Source: a virus
IMG/VR virus record: IMGVR_UViG_3300050821_002136
Span: 1 to 64,000 of that record
DNA: 64,000 nt
Direction: 5' to 3' (one strand)
Position 1 is the stretch's first letter; every line of letters begins with the position of its first letter. The position numbers and the translations under genes were made by a program. Under the pieces are notes generated by a model. That model made no database searches. It saw only the letters and a list, made by a program, of their open reading frames with translations, and was not told where the DNA came from. Below are positions 17,859-26,578 of the stretch, piece after piece.

Positions 17859-19502
17859 ATGTCGAAGATGAGTAGTTTCTCCAATAGGATCATGCAGCAA
17901 AAGTATTCCCACGAACACAAAGATGGTACCAAGGAAACTTGGGAAGACATTGCAGAACGCGTTAGCAGATACGTGCTCAAAGCTGTAGGAGCGAATAAAT
18001 CCCTCGTTGGACAAGTGAAGCAATACATCATTGAGCGCAAGTTCATTCCCGGTGGGCGTTATTTGTACGCCACAGGCAGACCCTATCACCAAGTCAACAA
18101 TTGCTTACTCATGCGAGCAGATGACAGCCGCGAAGGGTGGGCGGATCTGATCCACAAAAACACTCTGGGCCTCATGACGGGAGCAGGGATAGGCACAGAC
18201 TACTCCGCAGTTCGTCCTGAAGGTAAACCCATACGTAAAACAGGAGGCTTTGCTACAGGTCCGTTAGCTCTCATGCAAATGATCAATGAAGCCGGTAGAG
18301 GAGTCATGCAAGGAGGGAGCCGACGCTCTGCGTTGTGGGCAGGTTTGAATTGGTCGCACGCAGACATCATGAAGTTCATTGTCATGAAGAACTGGATCAA
18401 AGAAGTACGCGACCTGAAAGCTAAAGACTTCAATTTTCCTGCGACGTTGGATGGGACTAACATCAGTGCGGGGTTGGACGATGAATTCTTTGAAGCGTAC
18501 TCAAACGAAAAGCACGAGAAGAATTCCCATGCCAACATAGTGTACTGGGCAGCAGTAGAGCGCATGCTTAGGACGGGCGAGCCTGGGTTCAGTATTGATA
18601 CTGGTAAGAACCACAAGGAGACCTTGCGCAATGCCTGCACAGAGTTGACCAGTGAGGACGACAGCGACGTGTGCAACCTGGGATCTATCAACATGGCACG
18701 CATCACCAGCTTAGAAGAGATGAAAGGCGTGGTTGAAGTAGCTACTGCTTTCCTGTTGGCAGGGACAGTTTACAGCGATGTGCCGTTCGCTAAAGTAGAC
18801 ACAGTCAGAACTAAGAACCGTAGGCTAGGACTGGGCACTATGGGCATTCACGAGTGGCTCCTGGTTAATGGAAAGAAGTACGGAGCCGATGCTGAGCTGG
18901 ACAAGTACTTAGCGGTGTACGCTACCAGCGGAGATTATGCCAAATCATATTCCAAGGAATGGGATTTGTCTTGCCCAGTAAAGACACGAGCCATCGCACC
19001 CACGGGAACAATTGGAATTATCGCAGAGACGACCACGGGCATTGAGCCCATCTTCTGCGTAGCCTACAAGCGGCGTTACCTCAAGGGCAGCATTTGGAAC
19101 TACGAGTATGTCGTAGACCCAACGGCCAAGCGTCTCATTGAAGAGAAAGGCGTACGTCCTGCGGACATTGAAGATGCGTACGTGCTGGCTGAGGACGTAG
19201 AGCGTAGGCTAGCATTTCAGGCCCACGTTCAGAAGTATGTGGACCATGGAATTTCTAGTACCATAAACTTGCCGCAGTGGGGCAGCGAACTTAATAACAA
19301 AGACACTGTGCAGAAGTTTGGTAAGATCCTCATGAAATACCTGCCGCACTTGCGCGGCGTAACGACGTACCCCGATGGCGCACGAAATGGCCAGCCTCTG
19401 ACTCCTGTGAGTTGGAAGACAGCCAACGAGCACATCGGAGAAGTTTTTGTGGAAGCTGGAGATGCTTGTGAACTACGTGGTGGAGGGACCTGCGGGTCCT
19501 AA
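17859..19502 (+). CDS. nrdJ: Class II (B12-dependent) ribonucleotide reductase
   Basis: PGGRYL, NNC, RRSA, NACTE (NPCxE variant), CNLGSIN, APTGTI, C-terminal C..C; no nrdB nearby. Confidence 0.9.
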   Translation: MSKMSSFSNRIMQQKYSHEHKDGTKETWEDIAERVSRYVLKAVGANKSLVGQVKQYIIERKFIPGGRYLYATGRPYHQVNNCLLMRADDSREGWADLIHKNTLGLMTGAGIGTDYSAVRPEGKPIRKTGGFATGPLALMQMINEAGRGVMQGGSRRSALWAGLNWSHADIMKFIVMKNWIKEVRDLKAKDFNFPATLDGTNISAGLDDEFFEAYSNEKHEKNSHANIVYWAAVERMLRTGEPGFSIDTGKNHKETLRNACTELTSEDDSDVCNLGSINMARITSLEEMKGVVEVATAFLLAGTVYSDVPFAKVDTVRTKNRRLGLGTMGIHEWLLVNGKKYGADAELDKYLAVYATSGDYAKSYSKEWDLSCPVKTRAIAPTGTIGIIAETTTGIEPIFCVAYKRRYLKGSIWNYEYVVDPTAKRLIEEKGVRPADIEDAYVLAEDVERRLAFQAHVQKYVDHGISSTINLPQWGSELNNKDTVQKFGKILMKYLPHLRGVTTYPDGARNGQPLTPVSWKTANEHIGEVFVEAGDACELRGGGTCGS

Positions 19503-19512
19503 AAGGAGAACA

Positions 19513-19854
19513 ATGAACTTTGATAATTACCAAGAATTAGCCGTGTCAACAGCGATGTACGAAAACATAGGACAGAACCTTGTGTACCCAGCCATGGGTT
19601 TGGCTGGGGAAACCGGGGAGTATGTAGACAAGGTCAAGAAAAATTGGCGAAACAAAGGAAGCATGTCCGCAGCCAACCTCTCCTTTGAAGAGAAGATGGG
19701 ATTCGCCAAAGAGTTGGGAGACATTTTGTGGTACATAGCTGCCTCGGCCAAGGAGCTGGGTGTTGACCTAGAGGAAATAGCTGTGCTGAACATTGCTAAG
19801 CTTTCCGACCGAAGAAACCGTGGCGTGATAAAAAGTGAGGGAGACAATAGGTGA
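19513..19854 (+). CDS. mazG: MazG-like nucleotide pyrophosphohydrolase
   Basis: GLAGETGE, KELGDILWY, NIAKL..R..RG...GDNR; start MNFDNYQ after AGGAG. Confidence 0.9.
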   Translation: MNFDNYQELAVSTAMYENIGQNLVYPAMGLAGETGEYVDKVKKNWRNKGSMSAANLSFEEKMGFAKELGDILWYIAASAKELGVDLEEIAVLNIAKLSDRRNRGVIKSEGDNR

Positions 19855-20153
19855 CCACAGTCGTCAAGGTAAACCAGAGAACTAACAACTTCACCCTGTA
19901 TATCGGTCGTGCATTCGCTGGGTTTCCCAGGTCGAAGTGGGCTAATCCATACTGGATAACTAGTGGGTCACCAAGAGAGACAGTTCTTGCGTGCTACGAG
20001 GATTATGTAAGAGCACTTCCTGAACTCATGGATGCTCTGCACGAGATTGACGATCAGACCCTAGGCTGCTGGTGTCATCCTCAGCCTTGCCATGGAGATG
20101 TCTTGATTAAACTCAGAAAGGAACAACTTGATAGCTTACACGGACGGAGCTAG
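19851..20153 (+). CDS. DUF4326-like protein
   Basis: YIGR..SKWANP..LGCWCHP.PCHGDVL. Confidence 0.85.
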   Translation: MTTVVKVNQRTNNFTLYIGRAFAGFPRSKWANPYWITSGSPRETVLACYEDYVRALPELMDALHEIDDQTLGCWCHPQPCHGDVLIKLRKEQLDSLHGRS

Positions 20154-20553
20154 GCGAGGTTCCCATACAAAACCCGGGAATTGCTCAGCAGCTTTTGCAA
20201 TCTACAACGGCAAAGCTCTGGTACACACTAGCGCTAGGTATCTGGGTCCCGGCACCAACAACTTTGCAGAGTACCAGGGACTGCTGGACTGCTTGAAGTG
20301 GGCCGAGAAGGAAAACATAAAAGGCCTGGATATAAACAGCGATTCTCAATTAATGATTCGTCAAGTCAATGGGGAGTGGCACGTCAAAAAAGAAGAACTA
20401 AGACCCTTAAGAGATCTTGCCTACGCTCTCTTGGTGCGCGGTGAGCACACCCTGGAATGGGTGAGGGGCCACAACGGAAACCCAGGCAACGAGTATGTGG
20501 ACAATCTGTGTAACGAAGTTTTGGACAAGGAGCTAAATGAGAAATCCATTTGA
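20128..20553 (+). CDS. rnhA: Ribonuclease HI
   Basis: YTDGA, TNNFAEY, SDSQL, WVRGH.G.PGNEYVD. Confidence 0.92.
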   Translation: MIAYTDGARRGSHTKPGNCSAAFAIYNGKALVHTSARYLGPGTNNFAEYQGLLDCLKWAEKENIKGLDINSDSQLMIRQVNGEWHVKKEELRPLRDLAYALLVRGEHTLEWVRGHNGNPGNEYVDNLCNEVLDKELNEKSI

Positions 20554-20704
20554 AAATCTAGTGTTGGTGTTCGACACTGCTAAGGCGTACGCTGAGCGCA
20601 CAGGAAAGAACTTCTGGGATGACCTCAGCCTTATCGAGCAGCGCAAAGAGATTGAAAATTACATGGAGGACCATGTGTACGACAAAGGAGGATACGGACT
20701 ATGA
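20537..20704 (+). CDS. Small hypothetical protein, 55 aa
   Basis: AAGGAG RBS; MRNPFENLVLVFD...GGYGL*, coupled to the next gene. Confidence 0.6.
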   Translation: MRNPFENLVLVFDTAKAYAERTGKNFWDDLSLIEQRKEIENYMEDHVYDKGGYGL

Positions 20705-21135
20705 TCTACATTTTCGACATCGACGGCACTTTATCAAGCTGTTCTCATCGCTTGCATTTAATACAGAAAGAACCCAAGGACTGGCCAGCCTTCTTTGCAG
20801 CCGCTACGGCCGACGTGCCTATCTGGGAAATCATCACCGTGGCTAGGGCCTTGAGTGCTGCTGCACATGAGGTAGTACTTATGACAGGTCGCCCAGAATC
20901 CTCCAGGGCTTTAACTGTTGCATGGATGGGCAAATACCGTGTGCCTTTCAGCAGACTCCTGATGCGCAAAGAGGGAGACCATAGAGAAGACTTCGTAATC
21001 AAAGCAGAACTCTTGGAGAGCCCAGTGTTCCTAGGAGGAAAGCTTGGTGGAGTTTTCGAGGACCGTCAGCAGAACGTAGACATGTTCCGAGAGAAGGGCC
21101 TCAAGGTCTTCCAAGTTGACAAAGGAGCTTATTAG
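20701..21135 (+). CDS. HAD-family phosphatase (PNKP 3'-phosphatase-like)
   Basis: FDIDGT, MTGR, FEDR motifs. Confidence 0.9.
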   Translation: MIYIFDIDGTLSSCSHRLHLIQKEPKDWPAFFAAATADVPIWEIITVARALSAAAHEVVLMTGRPESSRALTVAWMGKYRVPFSRLLMRKEGDHREDFVIKAELLESPVFLGGKLGGVFEDRQQNVDMFREKGLKVFQVDKGAY

Positions 21136-21363
21136 ATGAACCAAATGTCTAAGCTATATCCCGAGGGATGGCTGCTCTATTGCCCAGACTGCTATGAGTA
21201 TATTAAGCAATCAGATCCGCAGAACGACAGCCGACGCAAGTCAGTCGTCATAGATGATACGCCTTGCAAAGCGTGTACCGAGAAAAGAGAAGCAGAGATT
21301 CAGGAAGCACAGCAAATCATGGGTCGCCTAGGGTTACCCAAAGGAGAAGAAAAGAATGGCTAA
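21136..21363 (+). CDS. Small zinc-ribbon protein
   Basis: CPDC...CKAC. Confidence 0.6.
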   Translation: MNQMSKLYPEGWLLYCPDCYEYIKQSDPQNDSRRKSVVIDDTPCKACTEKREAEIQEAQQIMGRLGLPKGEEKNG

Positions 21364-22108
21364 AGGAGCAGTAGCATCGTTTTGGCGTAAGATGTACTAC
21401 GATCTCGCCAACGAAGTTGAACAAGTCCTAGGGAAGGCCTTGGGGTACCCGAAGTACTCAGACGACCAGAAGAACTTCCCGGGAACCACTGAGGCAGACG
21501 GAGTGTGCGTGGGAGACTCTGTGCCGGAATCTTTAGTGGCCCAGGCCGCAGGGCATGTTGCCGATAATAGAGCAGCAAAGATGACCCTACAGGCAGTCTT
21601 GGACAGAGACTGGAACAACGAAACTCTTCGTCAAACGGCCAACATTGCTGCCAATGCCATCTACTGGAGAGATGAGCAGATCAAGGATCTCAAGAGACGC
21701 ATAGTCAACTTTGAGGATGAGACCACTAGCAGAGCTACTACTAGTCTATGGTCAGAGTACGTTAAGAAGACTAACTACCCAGCAATGTTTGGAGGTCTTT
21801 TGTTCCCCGACCGACCAATCATACCTTACAAGATTGCAGTTTTCGATGACTCAGACAACGTGCCCTGCACGGCCGAGATCGAAGTTGCGTTTGAGAAGCT
21901 AGCCTCGTACTTCGAGAAGAGATCCAAGGAGAACGCTAGGCGTGCTGAGAAGGAAGAGAAAAAAGTAGAAATGGAGCAGCAAAAATCTCTCAAGGATTGG
22001 AGATACCACGAAGAAGTGGGAGCAGACCGCAGCGGCTACTACTTCTCAGGGAAGGCCGACAGCTACAAGAGAGCTGCCGAGAAAGTGAGGGAGATCCTTG
22101 GGAAGTAA
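21356..22108 (+). CDS. Hypothetical protein
   Basis: RBS AAGGAG; 250-aa ORF in operon. Confidence 0.7.
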   Translation: MAKGAVASFWRKMYYDLANEVEQVLGKALGYPKYSDDQKNFPGTTEADGVCVGDSVPESLVAQAAGHVADNRAAKMTLQAVLDRDWNNETLRQTANIAANAIYWRDEQIKDLKRRIVNFEDETTSRATTSLWSEYVKKTNYPAMFGGLLFPDRPIIPYKIAVFDDSDNVPCTAEIEVAFEKLASYFEKRSKENARRAEKEEKKVEMEQQKSLKDWRYHEEVGADRSGYYFSGKADSYKRAAEKVREILGK

Positions 22109-22274
22109 CATCTATATCGTAGAGTACAAGTCTCCCTTTGGGTTCTGGCACAGGCTACAATACCTCTTTGATACTAGAGCAGAAGCCCAAGAGGCCATAG
22201 AGAGAGACGCTAAAAACTACACAGTAAGATTGAAGTACCGAGTGGCAAAGTTCAAACGAGCAGACTGAAATGAC

Positions 22275-22324
22275 AAAAGCCCCAGAGGAGCCGGATGATG
22301 AGTCCAGTTCTTCTGGGGCTTTTT
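22275..22324. terminator. Bidirectional terminator between convergent operons
   Basis: AAAAGCCCCAGA...TCTGGGGCTTTTT. Confidence 0.85.
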
Positions 22325-22328
22325 GTGT

Positions 22329-22748
22329 TTATGAGTGTGTGTATATGTTGAACAGTCGTTCTACTTCCTGCATCAAGGTGAACTTTATTGTACGTCCGTA
22401 GTCTGCGTCGTACCTGTCTAGGAGGTCATAGATCTCCCAGCGAAGACTCTTCAGACTCGTCGGTGTGTTCTTGTCTGCGACTGGCGGCTGTGTATGCCCA
22501 GCAGACCCATTAAGCAGTTTGTCTACATAAGGATATTTCTCCGCAAAAGTAGTGCTTCCTGCCTGACCTCCCTCTTCATAGGCTCCCGGCTGGTTACCAA
22601 AAGTAGTTCCAGGCACATACTCTTCTACAACCTTGTCTACTGCTCGGGTGATATCGGACATGCGCGGCCTCTCCCTTCGGTTACGCTCTGTGAAAGGATT
22701 TTCTTCTTTGTTCTCTTTTCGTAATGAGTCCTCTTTTTTGTACGCCAT
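22329..22748 (-). CDS. Hypothetical protein
   Basis: AAGGAGG RBS, TAATG coupling, start MAYKKED. Confidence 0.65.
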   Translation of the reverse strand: MAYKKEDSLRKENKEENPFTERNRRERPRMSDITRAVDKVVEEYVPGTTFGNQPGAYEEGGQAGSTTFAEKYPYVDKLLNGSAGHTQPPVADKNTPTSLKSLRWEIYDLLDRYDADYGRTIKFTLMQEVERLFNIYTHS

Positions 22749-23281
22749 TATTTTCCTCCTTGTTTCATCAGCCACTCCTCAAAAGTCTTATTGCAGAGTA
22801 CTGCAGGAGATCTAGACTCCCTCAGCAGCGCGATTGCTGCCGCAGGGTCCATCCCGGCCCTGACTAGGGACAACCCAGCCAGGAGCCCTGAGCGATTCAG
22901 GCCAGCTTGGCAATGCACTAGGGTGGGTCCATTGTCACGGCAGATGTTGATCCAGCGTGCCAGGGTCTCCAGTTGCTCTTCATCTGGGATAGTACCACGG
23001 TCATAGAGCCTGACTTCCACAAGGCTATCCAGAGGCCCACCAAAGATGTACTGCTCCCAAGGGTACAGACTGATGACGTGCTTAAACAATCCCTTGAGGC
23101 TGACGCCGCCTTTGCAGCCGCCCTGCCACAGGTTCCCCTCGACGTGACTGATGAGTGGAGCTGAGAAAGGCTTGTTCCCCTCCCGGGCAATGCCTTCGAT
23201 GTGGTGAGTCTTGAGATCTGCTTCCAGTTCTCTAAATTCTCTTGCGATGATGCTTGCATCTAATTCTTTGATTGATCTCAT
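22748..23281 (-). CDS. Dual-specificity/tyrosine protein phosphatase
   Basis: P-loop VHCQAGLNRSG; start MRSIKE after AAAGGAG. Confidence 0.9.
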   Translation of the reverse strand: MRSIKELDASIIAREFRELEADLKTHHIEGIAREGNKPFSAPLISHVEGNLWQGGCKGGVSLKGLFKHVISLYPWEQYIFGGPLDSLVEVRLYDRGTIPDEEQLETLARWINICRDNGPTLVHCQAGLNRSGLLAGLSLVRAGMDPAAAIALLRESRSPAVLCNKTFEEWLMKQGGK

Positions 23282-23420
23282 GGTTCTCCTTTTCATATTC
23301 TTCTTCGCACACCTCACAGAATTCTGCCGGAGGTACTACAGGCAGGCTGCATCGGGTACAACTTGGGTACAGTGACCAATCTGTGTAGTCGTCTTCGCCT
23401 TCACTTATGTGTTCTCCCAT
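23232..23420 (-). CDS. Small CxxC protein
   Basis: AAAGGAG RBS; CTRC...CEVC. Confidence 0.55.
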   Translation of the reverse strand: MGEHISEGEDDYTDWSLYPSCTRCSLPVVPPAEFCEVCEEEYEKENHEINQRIRCKHHRKRI

Positions 23421-23437
23421 AGTTCTCCTTTGAAGTT

Positions 23438-23512
23438 TGGTGGGCAATGCAGGACTCGAACCTGCGACATCCTGCGTGTAAGGCAGGCGCTCTGCCGCTG
23501 AGCTAATTGCCC
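23438..23512 (-). tRNA. tRNA-Val (UAC)
   Basis: Canonical cloverleaf, loop CTTACAC, TTCGAGT, CCA. Confidence 0.95.
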
Positions 23513-23868
23513 GTTATACTTCTCGCTTGTTTTGGACTAAGAGCAACAAGCTCCCATGCGCCGTCAAGAAACATCATTACCTTTGCTGGAGATTCGCTGA
23601 TGTCAATTACCTGTCCATCCTCGATCCATCCGTGAAAGCATGGGTATTGAATTGACGGAGAGACTGTAAGTTCATCAACAAATTTTCCCTCACGTTTCCA
23701 TAGAGGTTTTTGCCAAGGAGCGGGATTGTACCCATCCAGAGGGTTTTCAAAGTATACACACAGCCGATGGTTTGGTCCACACTTTGGACAGTCTAAGGTC
23801 ATTCCTTCTCCACTGTCGGGACGAAGTAGTCCACAAAATTTAGGATTTAAATTAATCAATGGAAGCAT
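23503..23868 (-). CDS. DUF6527-like protein
   Basis: CPKC..H, TVSPSI..CFHGWI.DG; stop overlaps the tRNA-Val 5' end. Confidence 0.6.
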   Translation of the reverse strand: MLPLINLNPKFCGLLRPDSGEGMTLDCPKCGPNHRLCVYFENPLDGYNPAPWQKPLWKREGKFVDELTVSPSIQYPCFHGWIEDGQVIDISESPAKVMMFLDGAWELVALSPKQARSITGN

Positions 23869-23887
23869 TGCTCTCTCCTTTGAAATT

Positions 23888-23963
23888 TGGTTGGCGCGGC
23901 AGGCTTCGAACCTGCGACCTCTCGGTTATCATCCGAGGGCTCTACCAATTGAGCTACGCGCCA
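23888..23963 (-). tRNA. tRNA-Ile (GAU)
   Basis: Cloverleaf, loop ATGATAA (A32), TTCGAAG, CCA. Confidence 0.9.
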
Positions 23964-23964
23964 G

Positions 23965-24040
23965 TGGAGGGTACGTGAGGTAACGCTCCTCATTCACATG
24001 GCGTCACAGGCCACTGCCGGTCCTTCCCGGTGCCGCACCC
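23965..24040 (-). tRNA. Atypical tRNA-His-like (GUG)
   Basis: GGGTGCG/CGTACCC, D arm CCGG/CCGG, loop CTGTGAC, T arm TGAGG-AGCGTTA-CCTCA, U73, CCA. Confidence 0.7.
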
Positions 24041-24118
24041 TTGGCTTGTGGCTGAGTGAGGCACGGCCATTCTCATTTAATCCTTGACCCACTGCTTCAA
24101 GGAACCACTAGCAAGACT

Positions 24119-24148
24119 AGTATACCACACCACCGGCCGGAAATGCAA
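24119..24148 (-). promoter_or_regulatory. Sigma70-type promoter for tRNA operon
   Basis: TTGCAT-18-TATACT with extended TG. Confidence 0.7.
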
Positions 24149-24149
24149 A

Positions 24150-25230
24150 TCCCTTGGGGTCCTCCTGGGGCTCCGCTCGGGTCCGGTCTTCGACACCGGC
24201 GAGGGTGTCTGGGTTCCTGCCACGTCCATTAGTAACGGACACCCAAGGACACACCCAAGGACACCCTTTGTCAACCTTAGGCTCCCGGATTGTCAACCTT
24301 AAGCCTGTTCATTGTCAACCTTTGTTCATGATTCGTGAACGCCCCGCGTATATACCCCTGAAAAATTTTGGGAGTATGCTCCGCATATTCTGCGTCTAAT
24401 AGACCTCCTAAGCTACGCAGGTTCCGGCCAGGGTGTGACCTATACATCACAGTGTAGAATTTACCTAGGGAGCCCCTCCGCATTAGGGAAAAATTGCACA
24501 GGTGTGCCCCCGCGTCTGCCGAGTGGGTCCCTTGCAAGGGGTGTACCCCGGGTCCTCCTTGGCCAGCCGGATCGCTCCTTAGGTAACCTGACCAAGGGTC
24601 AACCCAAGGTCCACCCAAGTGGGAAGCCAAGTCCAACTCCAGTTTGGTGGTGGGATTGCATGGTGGGACAAAGTGTACGTTCTCATGTACGCTCAGGAGT
24701 CGGGCCTCTCGGTGTGGCAGCAGAGGGAGGAGCAAGGGGTCAGGTTGGGGTCACCTCGGGTTACCTAAGGTCCGCTAAGCAAGCAAAGGAGTTAGCTTGG
24801 GAGGGGCTTGTAAGTATGTCATTCTAAAGGCCAAGGGAAACCCAAGGTCACACCGAGGTCAGCCGAGGTCAGCCCCGGGCATGCTGGGGTTACTAAGGTA
24901 ACTTTGGGGAAGACCAAAGTGCTCCCAAGGTTGAGCCGAGGGAGAGTAGAGGGAGCCTGATCGCTCCTAAGTGGTTGCTATGGTTGAGCTTAGGTCAGGT
25001 GCTTGGGTGTTATAGTCAGGTAACACACCTCCTGCTTATGGCTATACCTATGATCGGTACAGTGCTTGACCTAAGCTTGACCCTAGTCCTTTCATATACA
25101 TACGAACTGGCCAAGAGCTGAGCTGACCGCATACACCCTAGGGTGGCTTGGGACACCTCAGGCGCTGTCCTAGGACACCGTAGGGGGCCTGCTGGTCATA
25201 TGGTGACTACCTGTCTGTCCTACTGGTGAC
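24150..25230. repeat. Repeat-rich non-coding region (candidate origin / genome terminus)
   Basis: TTGTCAACCTT x3 at 24268, 24290, 24312; ACACCCAAGG x2; CCGAGGTCAG x2; many CCYAAGG/CCTNAGG variants; no credible ORF. Confidence 0.7.
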
Positions 25231-25237
25231 ATTCCGA

Positions 25238-25672
25238 TTAGAGCACGGGGTTCGAACGTACATGGCAGCGTATGCGCTCAGAGTCAGCAACGATTGCTCG
25301 AAGCTCTTCCAAGGTTGCATTGCTCTTCAGAGCATTAGCACGGTAAGAGATGACACGGACATTCCCAGACACATAACCCATGGCCGGAATGATTCGGTCA
25401 AGCGAAGGGGAAGAATCACAGGGCCTGCCACTCCCAGATTGAAGCTTAAGGCCGAGCACTGGGCAAACCTCAGGAATTGAAATGTCAGCGTCAGTCAGGT
25501 TGAAAGGCAAGCCAAGTTCTGAAGCTCTCTTCTTAGCAGCGTAGAGCATTGGCTTGTAAGGTTTTAGACGCCTGAACCGAGCCCATGCTGTCATCTTAAA
25601 CTCATTAGGATCATATACATCCGGGGGTTGTCTGTCTTTCATGTCTATTTGTCTCTGCTCTAGTGTTTTCAT
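25238..25672 (-). CDS. HNH-type endonuclease, probably leaderless
   Basis: CPVLG..SPSLDRI.P..GYV.GNVRVIS.RAN..K. Confidence 0.85.
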   Translation of the reverse strand: MKTLEQRQIDMKDRQPPDVYDPNEFKMTAWARFRRLKPYKPMLYAAKKRASELGLPFNLTDADISIPEVCPVLGLKLQSGSGRPCDSSPSLDRIIPAMGYVSGNVRVISYRANALKSNATLEELRAIVADSERIRCHVRSNPVL

Positions 25673-25679
25673 ATACTTA

Positions 25680-25709
25680 ATTATAGCATGTACACCTGCT
25701 AAAAGTCAA
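25680..25709 (-). promoter_or_regulatory. Sigma70-type promoter of the HNH gene
   Basis: TTGACT-18-TATAAT with TG; ATG 7 nt after the -10. Confidence 0.75.
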
Positions 25710-25805
25710 GTAGAAATTACACTGTGGGTAAAATAGTTCCCTCGAAGGGAAAAGACTTTCCCATTCATAGCCTGAGACCTGTTGAAAACAAAGCGACTAT
25801 AGTGC

Positions 25806-25834
25806 TTGACCTATGGCCAGTGCTTTGCTAGTAT
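25806..25834 (+). promoter_or_regulatory. Putative early promoter
   Basis: TTGACC-17-TAGTAT with TG extension. Confidence 0.65.
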
Positions 25835-25840
25835 CCATAC

Positions 25841-26236
25841 CAGTAAGCGGTACGGACAGGATAGGCTGAAAGTAGTGGCACGGAGCAGGTAACGGTTACC
25901 GGAGCAGGCCATGCCGTAGCGGCCAGTGAGGCGACCTGAGAAACTGAAGCGGGACAGGAAAGCCGCTTCGAACACCTCCGGTGCTGACGAACCAGCCGAC
26001 TCGGTCCAAGCCAAGCGATAGGACAAGAGTACGACATACGCGTGAATGGAAAAGCCGTCCGGTGTTCGAACCGGAGCGAAGTACAGCAAACGCGAAAGAC
26101 TCATCAGCAAACCCGTCATGGAAGGCTAGAGCCGAACGGGGTTCAGGATGCGATGCAGTCGCGGGGAAGTTTACGGGGCCTTACAAGTCCGCTCCCTTTA
26201 CTCACTGGATAACCCAGCCTATCGCGGTAACCTTAC
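25841..26236 (+). ncRNA. Large structured leader/ncRNA of unknown family
   Basis: Nested long-range helices: GATAGGCTG/CAGCCTATC, CCAGTGAG/CTCACTGG, GCGAC/GTCGC, CCTGA/TCAGG, TGCTGACGA/TCATCAGCA. Confidence 0.6.
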
Positions 26237-26251
26237 AGATTGGAAAACAAA

Positions 26252-26578
26252 ATGAAGCACGGTCATCGTGCGAACTATCGGCACACTCCCGAGTATCAGG
26301 CATACATGCACGCTAAGCACAGATGCACAAACCCGAACCATCCCAGATTCAAATACTGGGGCGGTCGCGGTATCCTGTTTAGGTTTGCATCGTTTGCTCA
26401 GTTTCTCGCGGACGTTGGGCCAAGACCTGCTGGAATGAGGCTAGATCGTAGCAATAATGACGGGCACTATGAACCCGGCAATGTGCGATGGGTCACACCT
26501 CTGGAAAGCAACCAAAACAAGCGACAAAGGCAAAGCAAGAAGATTAAGTCTTCATCATGCACTGCACCTAAGCTGTGA
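26252..26578 (+). CDS. HNH homing endonuclease
   Basis: RCTNP..YWGGRGI..LDRSNNDGHYEPGNVRW..NKR. Confidence 0.88.
   Translation: MKHGHRANYRHTPEYQAYMHAKHRCTNPNHPRFKYWGGRGILFRFASFAQFLADVGPRPAGMRLDRSNNDGHYEPGNVRWVTPLESNQNKRQRQSKKIKSSSCTAPKL

Noticed and set aside
24277-24827. ORFs 24277..24735(-) and 24435..24827(+)
   Set aside because: No RBS; G/P/S-rich translations arise from the repeat tract
24150-25230. CRISPR mini-array
   Set aside because: Repeats are 7-11 bp, without 25-45 bp repeats separated by unique spacers; the Cas4-like gene is a solo phage nuclease
25841-26236. RNase P RNA or group I/II intron
   Set aside because: Only a loose AGGAAAG resemblance; no P4 partner, no intron core motifs and no interrupted gene recognised
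25811-26316. ORFs overlapping the structured leader
   Set aside because: No RBS or motifs; better explained as non-coding structure
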